Of a DNA stretch of 64,000 nucleotides, positions 60,890-64,000 are shown piece by piece. Source of the stretch: Deltaproteobacteria bacterium RBG_16_64_85 (GTDB taxonomy: Bacteria; Desulfobacterota; Deferrimicrobia; Deferrimicrobiales; Deferrimicrobiaceae); NCBI GenBank assembly GCA_001798885.1, contig MGQW01000072.1, forward strand, positions 3,669 to 67,668, written 5' to 3'. The stretch's first letter is position 1, and the number at the start of each line of letters is the position of its first letter. The notes below the pieces were generated by a model. It made no database searches. It was given only the letters and a program-made list of their open reading frames with translations, and was not told the origin of the DNA. The position numbers and the translations under genes are program-made.

Positions 60890-62937
60890 AGGAGATGTTC
60901 ACTCACGTCTGGGATGCGGTCCACCGGCACCGGAAGTCGCTTCTGATCCTGGGCGCGATCGTCCTCGGGATCGGCATCGTATTCAACGGCGCGTTCTTCG
61001 TCGCGGCGTACTTCCCGAAGTCGTGCGTTGCCTGCCACTACATGGACCCGTTCTACGCCCAGTGGAAGACGTCCAAGCACGCCGGCGTCTCCTGCATCAA
61101 GTGCCACTCCTTTTCGCCCGTCTTCATCACGGTAACGACGCTGAAATACTGGACGGGGCTGTACAACCCCCGGCCGCACGCCAAGGTCAACGACTCCTCC
61201 TGCCTCGCCTCGGGGTGCCACGCGGGCCGGATCGAGAAGGGCAAGGCGAAGCTCGGCACCAATATCACGTTCGACCACCAGGAACACATGGGGAAGCTCA
61301 AGCGCGGCGAGAAGCTGCGCTGCACGACCTGCCACTATTCGATCGTACAGGGAGAGCACATCTCCGTCGACACGAAGGTCTGCTTCCTTTGCCACTTCAA
61401 GGGAATCAGCCAGGGCCAGGCGCTGGGCGGCTGCCCGGGGTGCCACGGCACCCCGACCCGGACCGTGGATCACAGCGGCTTCCAGTTCTCCCACGAGTCG
61501 TACCTGAAGATCGGCGTCCAGTGCAGGCAGTGCCACCTCCGGGTGGCCGAAGGCGACGGCAGGGTGAACGACTCCCACTGCTACGACTGCCACGTCGGGC
61601 GGCTGGAAAAGAAGAGCGATCCGCTGGCGATCCACAGGACGCACGTCACCTACAACGCGATCCAGTGCTTCCGGTGCCACGAGCCGATCCGCCACGGCGA
61701 GGTGGAGCTGGTCAAGACCTTCGAGGTCAAATGCGAATCCTGCCACAAGCGGCTCCACAACTACCAGAAGGAGATGTACATGGGGGCGGGCGCGCGCGGC
61801 GTCCCCGACACTCCCTCCCGGATGTTCTCCGCCCAGGTGGCGTGCGACGGCTGCCACACGAAATCGGTCGAGGTCCGCGAGTCGGGGGTCGCGTTCCCCG
61901 GCGAAAAGAAGCTGACGGCGGAGCGGAAAAGCTGCGTCGCCTGCCACGGGAAGAAGTACGACCTCATGCTGGACGACTGGGTCCGGGAGTCGCGTGTTCT
62001 GACCGCCGAAATGGAGCGTGTCGTCGCCGCCGGGAAGGCGGCGGTGGGGACCGGGGAGTCGAAGTCGAAAGGCCTGTCCGGCGCCCGGGCGCTCGTCGCG
62101 GACGCCCGCGCCAACCTGAACTTCCTCCGGGCCGGGCGCGGCGCGCACAACATCGAGTATGCCTACAAGATCCTCAAAACGGGCTACGATCAGGTGTCGG
62201 CGGCCTACAGGATGGCGGGCATCGAGGGCGGACCGCCCAAGCCGGCCATTCTTGCGAGCCCGTCCTCGTATTGCATGACCCTGTGCCACCAGCGGGTTGG
62301 GCCGAAGGAGAAGCTCTTCTTCAAGGAGATGGAGGTCGACTTCCCGCATCGGCTCCATGTCCAGGACGTCGGGATCGAGTGCTCCAAGTGCCATTCGCCC
62401 GAGAAGCACAAGATGCGCATCGTCACCAAGTCCGAGTGCATGAAATGCCACCACGAGAGCAAGGACATCGATTGCGCCCACTGCCACAGGGCCCAGCAGG
62501 CCCTCTACGAGGGGAAGGTGAGGGTCTTCGGGGTCTCCCCGCAGGCGGACAGCATGGCGCAGGCGGGGACGAAGTGCGTCGAGTGCCACGAGCTCAAGAA
62601 AGGGACCCAGACGGTTTTAACCGTCAAGGCCAAGTGCGAGGAATGCCACAGCGCAAAGTACGGCAAGATGCTCCTCGACTGGAAGCAGGACATCACGAAG
62701 CGGGAGAACGCCATCGCCGTTGCGCTCGAGGAGGCGAAGGAATATGTCGCCCGCAGCAAAAAGATGGGCAACAAGGTGGACGCGGAAGAAACCCTTCTCC
62801 GGCAGGCCGAGGCCAACTACCTCGCGGTCACCAACGGGCGGGGGACCCACAACTACCGGTTGAGCGTCGAGCTCCTCAAGTCGGCGCAGGCCTCCGTGGA
62901 GAAGATCCGGAAGGAGAAGAAGCAGGCGCAGAAATAG
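60886..62937 (+). CDS. NapC/NirT-type membrane-anchored multihaem cytochrome (16 CXXCH + CX4CH + CX3CH)
   Basis: 683-aa ORF (ATGA overlap). N-terminal TM helix then CVACH..W.TSKH...CIKCH, the NapC/NirT pattern. 16 canonical motifs plus CLASGCH and CMTLCH. Confidence 0.9.
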   Translation: MKEMFTHVWDAVHRHRKSLLILGAIVLGIGIVFNGAFFVAAYFPKSCVACHYMDPFYAQWKTSKHAGVSCIKCHSFSPVFITVTTLKYWTGLYNPRPHAKVNDSSCLASGCHAGRIEKGKAKLGTNITFDHQEHMGKLKRGEKLRCTTCHYSIVQGEHISVDTKVCFLCHFKGISQGQALGGCPGCHGTPTRTVDHSGFQFSHESYLKIGVQCRQCHLRVAEGDGRVNDSHCYDCHVGRLEKKSDPLAIHRTHVTYNAIQCFRCHEPIRHGEVELVKTFEVKCESCHKRLHNYQKEMYMGAGARGVPDTPSRMFSAQVACDGCHTKSVEVRESGVAFPGEKKLTAERKSCVACHGKKYDLMLDDWVRESRVLTAEMERVVAAGKAAVGTGESKSKGLSGARALVADARANLNFLRAGRGAHNIEYAYKILKTGYDQVSAAYRMAGIEGGPPKPAILASPSSYCMTLCHQRVGPKEKLFFKEMEVDFPHRLHVQDVGIECSKCHSPEKHKMRIVTKSECMKCHHESKDIDCAHCHRAQQALYEGKVRVFGVSPQADSMAQAGTKCVECHELKKGTQTVLTVKAKCEECHSAKYGKMLLDWKQDITKRENAIAVALEEAKEYVARSKKMGNKVDAEETLLRQAEANYLAVTNGRGTHNYRLSVELLKSAQASVEKIRKEKKQAQK

Positions 62938-62963
62938 GCGCGGCGCCTTCGTTGCGGATCCAT

Positions 62964-63009
62964 GAAAACGGTCCGGGGGAAATCACCCTCCGGACCGTTT
63001 TCATTTTAT
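62964..63009. terminator. bidirectional rho-independent terminator between the cytochrome cluster and gcvH
   Basis: GAAAACGGTCCGG-loop-CCGGACCGTTTTC, a 13-bp perfect stem followed by ATTTTAT. Convergent genes on both sides. Confidence 0.7.
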
Positions 63010-63018
63010 CGGAACCGG

Positions 63019-63381
63019 TCAATCTTCGACGAACGTCTCGTACTCTTCCGCGCTCATCAGCCGCTCGATCTCCTCGGGCTCGTTGATCTCGACCTCGACG
63101 AGCCACCCTTTCCCATAGGGATCCACGTTGATCAGGGAAGGGTCTTCCACAACGGTCCCGTTGACGGCCTTGATCGTGCCCGTAATGGGGGAGACGAGCT
63201 CGACGACCGTCTTCTGCGATTCGAGCTCCCCGATCATGTCCCCCGGCTCGATGAATTTGCCGATTTCCGCGTGTGTCACGGAGACGATTTCGCCCAGTTG
63301 TTCCTGCGCGTAATCGGAAAGACCGAAGCGTGCCGTTTCCCCCATTTCGAGGACCCAGAGATGGTCCTCGGAAAATTTCAT
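63019..63381 (-). CDS. gcvH: glycine cleavage system H protein
   Basis: ATG 63381 inside ORF 63019..63609. 120 aa with lipoyl-lysine motif ELESQKTV. Confidence 0.9.
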   Translation of the reverse strand: MKFSEDHLWVLEMGETARFGLSDYAQEQLGEIVSVTHAEIGKFIEPGDMIGELESQKTVVELVSPITGTIKAVNGTVVEDPSLINVDPYGKGWLVEVEINEPEEIERLMSAEEYETFVED

Positions 63382-63464
63382 CTGCGATTCTTCCATATCA
63401 ACAATCTTACAGGAACACGGAAGAGGGTTGTCAACTTTTAGGAATCTTTCGGGGACGGTTTCCC

Positions 63465-64000
63465 CTACCCGCTCAGGACGGCCAGCGCCGTCTCCACGTT
63501 CCCCAGCGGGGCGCTCACCTGGAAACCGCTCACGCGTGTCGAGATCTCCTCGATGATCTTCCGCGCGATCTCGATGCCGACCCGGTGTCCTTCCTCCTTG
63601 GACCGGCAACGGGCCATCCGGTCCAGGATCTCCCGCGGGACGACCACGCCCGGGACCTCGTTGTTCATGAACTCGGCGTTCTTGTAGCTGACCAGCGGCC
63701 AGATCCCGGCGATGACGGGAATCCGCCGGGGGTGCCGCTCCACCCGGTCCAGGAACCGCAGGAGGGCCTCGATGTCGAACACGGGCTGCGTGATGGCGAA
63801 CTCGGCGCCGGCGTCGATCTTGCGGAAGTAGCGGTCGATCTCCCGCTCCGGGTCGACTGCGCAGGGGTTTGCGCCCACGCCGATGAGGATGCCCGTGGGA
63901 GGGGAGATCGGGTTCCCGCCGATGTCATAGCCCCGGTTCAAATTTGCCGCCACCTGCGTGAGGCCGATCGCGTCGACGTCGAAGACGCCGGTGACGTCGG
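63465..64000 (-). CDS. metF: methylenetetrahydrofolate reductase, C-terminal part (runs off the window)
   Basis: The frame is open to the window end. GANP...YFRKIDAGAEFAITQPVFD...IPVIAGIWPL is the MetF signature. Confidence 0.85.
   Translation of the reverse strand, partial: DVTGVFDVDAIGLTQVAANLNRGYDIGGNPISPPTGILIGVGANPCAVDPEREIDRYFRKIDAGAEFAITQPVFDIEALLRFLDRVERHPRRIPVIAGIWPLVSYKNAEFMNNEVPGVVVPREILDRMARCRSKEEGHRVGIEIARKIIEEISTRVSGFQVSAPLGNVETALAVLSG

Overview
High-GC (roughly two-thirds G+C by eye), densely coding bacterial chromosomal segment with about 60 protein genes. I found no rRNA, tRNA, CRISPR array, transposase, integrase or phage genes. All calls come from reading the supplied translations and the DNA; no database search was run, so family names are motif-based and from memory.

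Housekeeping blocks: gap-tpiA-secG, tmk-holB-PSP1-metG-tatD, nrdJ, murJ, mrp, an EF-G paralog, DUF47/PiT, a GH57 enzyme, and gcvH/metF.

These are interleaved with two multihaem-cytochrome islands that carry 77 canonical CXXCH motifs in seven proteins:
- Island 1 (23680..31290, minus strand): porin-like barrel, 8-haem protein, 12-haem lipoprotein, 10-haem lipoprotein. This is the gene order of Geobacter-type porin-cytochrome (Pcc) outer-membrane conduits.
- Island 2 (54867..62937, plus strand): three paralogous modules, each a multihaem-c domain plus an FdnI/HydC-like cytochrome-b membrane domain. One module is fused and two are split. A NapC/NirT-anchored 16-haem protein follows.

Between the islands lie an orphan PhnD-like lipoprotein, a histidine kinase with a CFDCH haem-c motif in its periplasmic loop, an NtrC-type sigma-54 activator and a REC-PilZ protein. 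A block of about 230 bp is duplicated upstream of both the Pcc operon and the REC-PilZ gene. It carries a -24/-12-like GGCAT-N5-TTGCT element, two 12-bp imperfect palindromes 21 bp apart, and the first codons of the REC-PilZ gene.

Other notable items:
- an unannotated glutaredoxin-like ORF with an in-frame TGA at the catalytic Cys position (candidate selenoprotein)
- a structured GC-rich intergenic repeat family at three loci
- a lower-GC VapBC cassette
- a TatD-radical SAM fusion
- small gene relics next to the duplicated promoter block

Many long ORFs in the track are antisense artefacts of the high GC content and are rejected.
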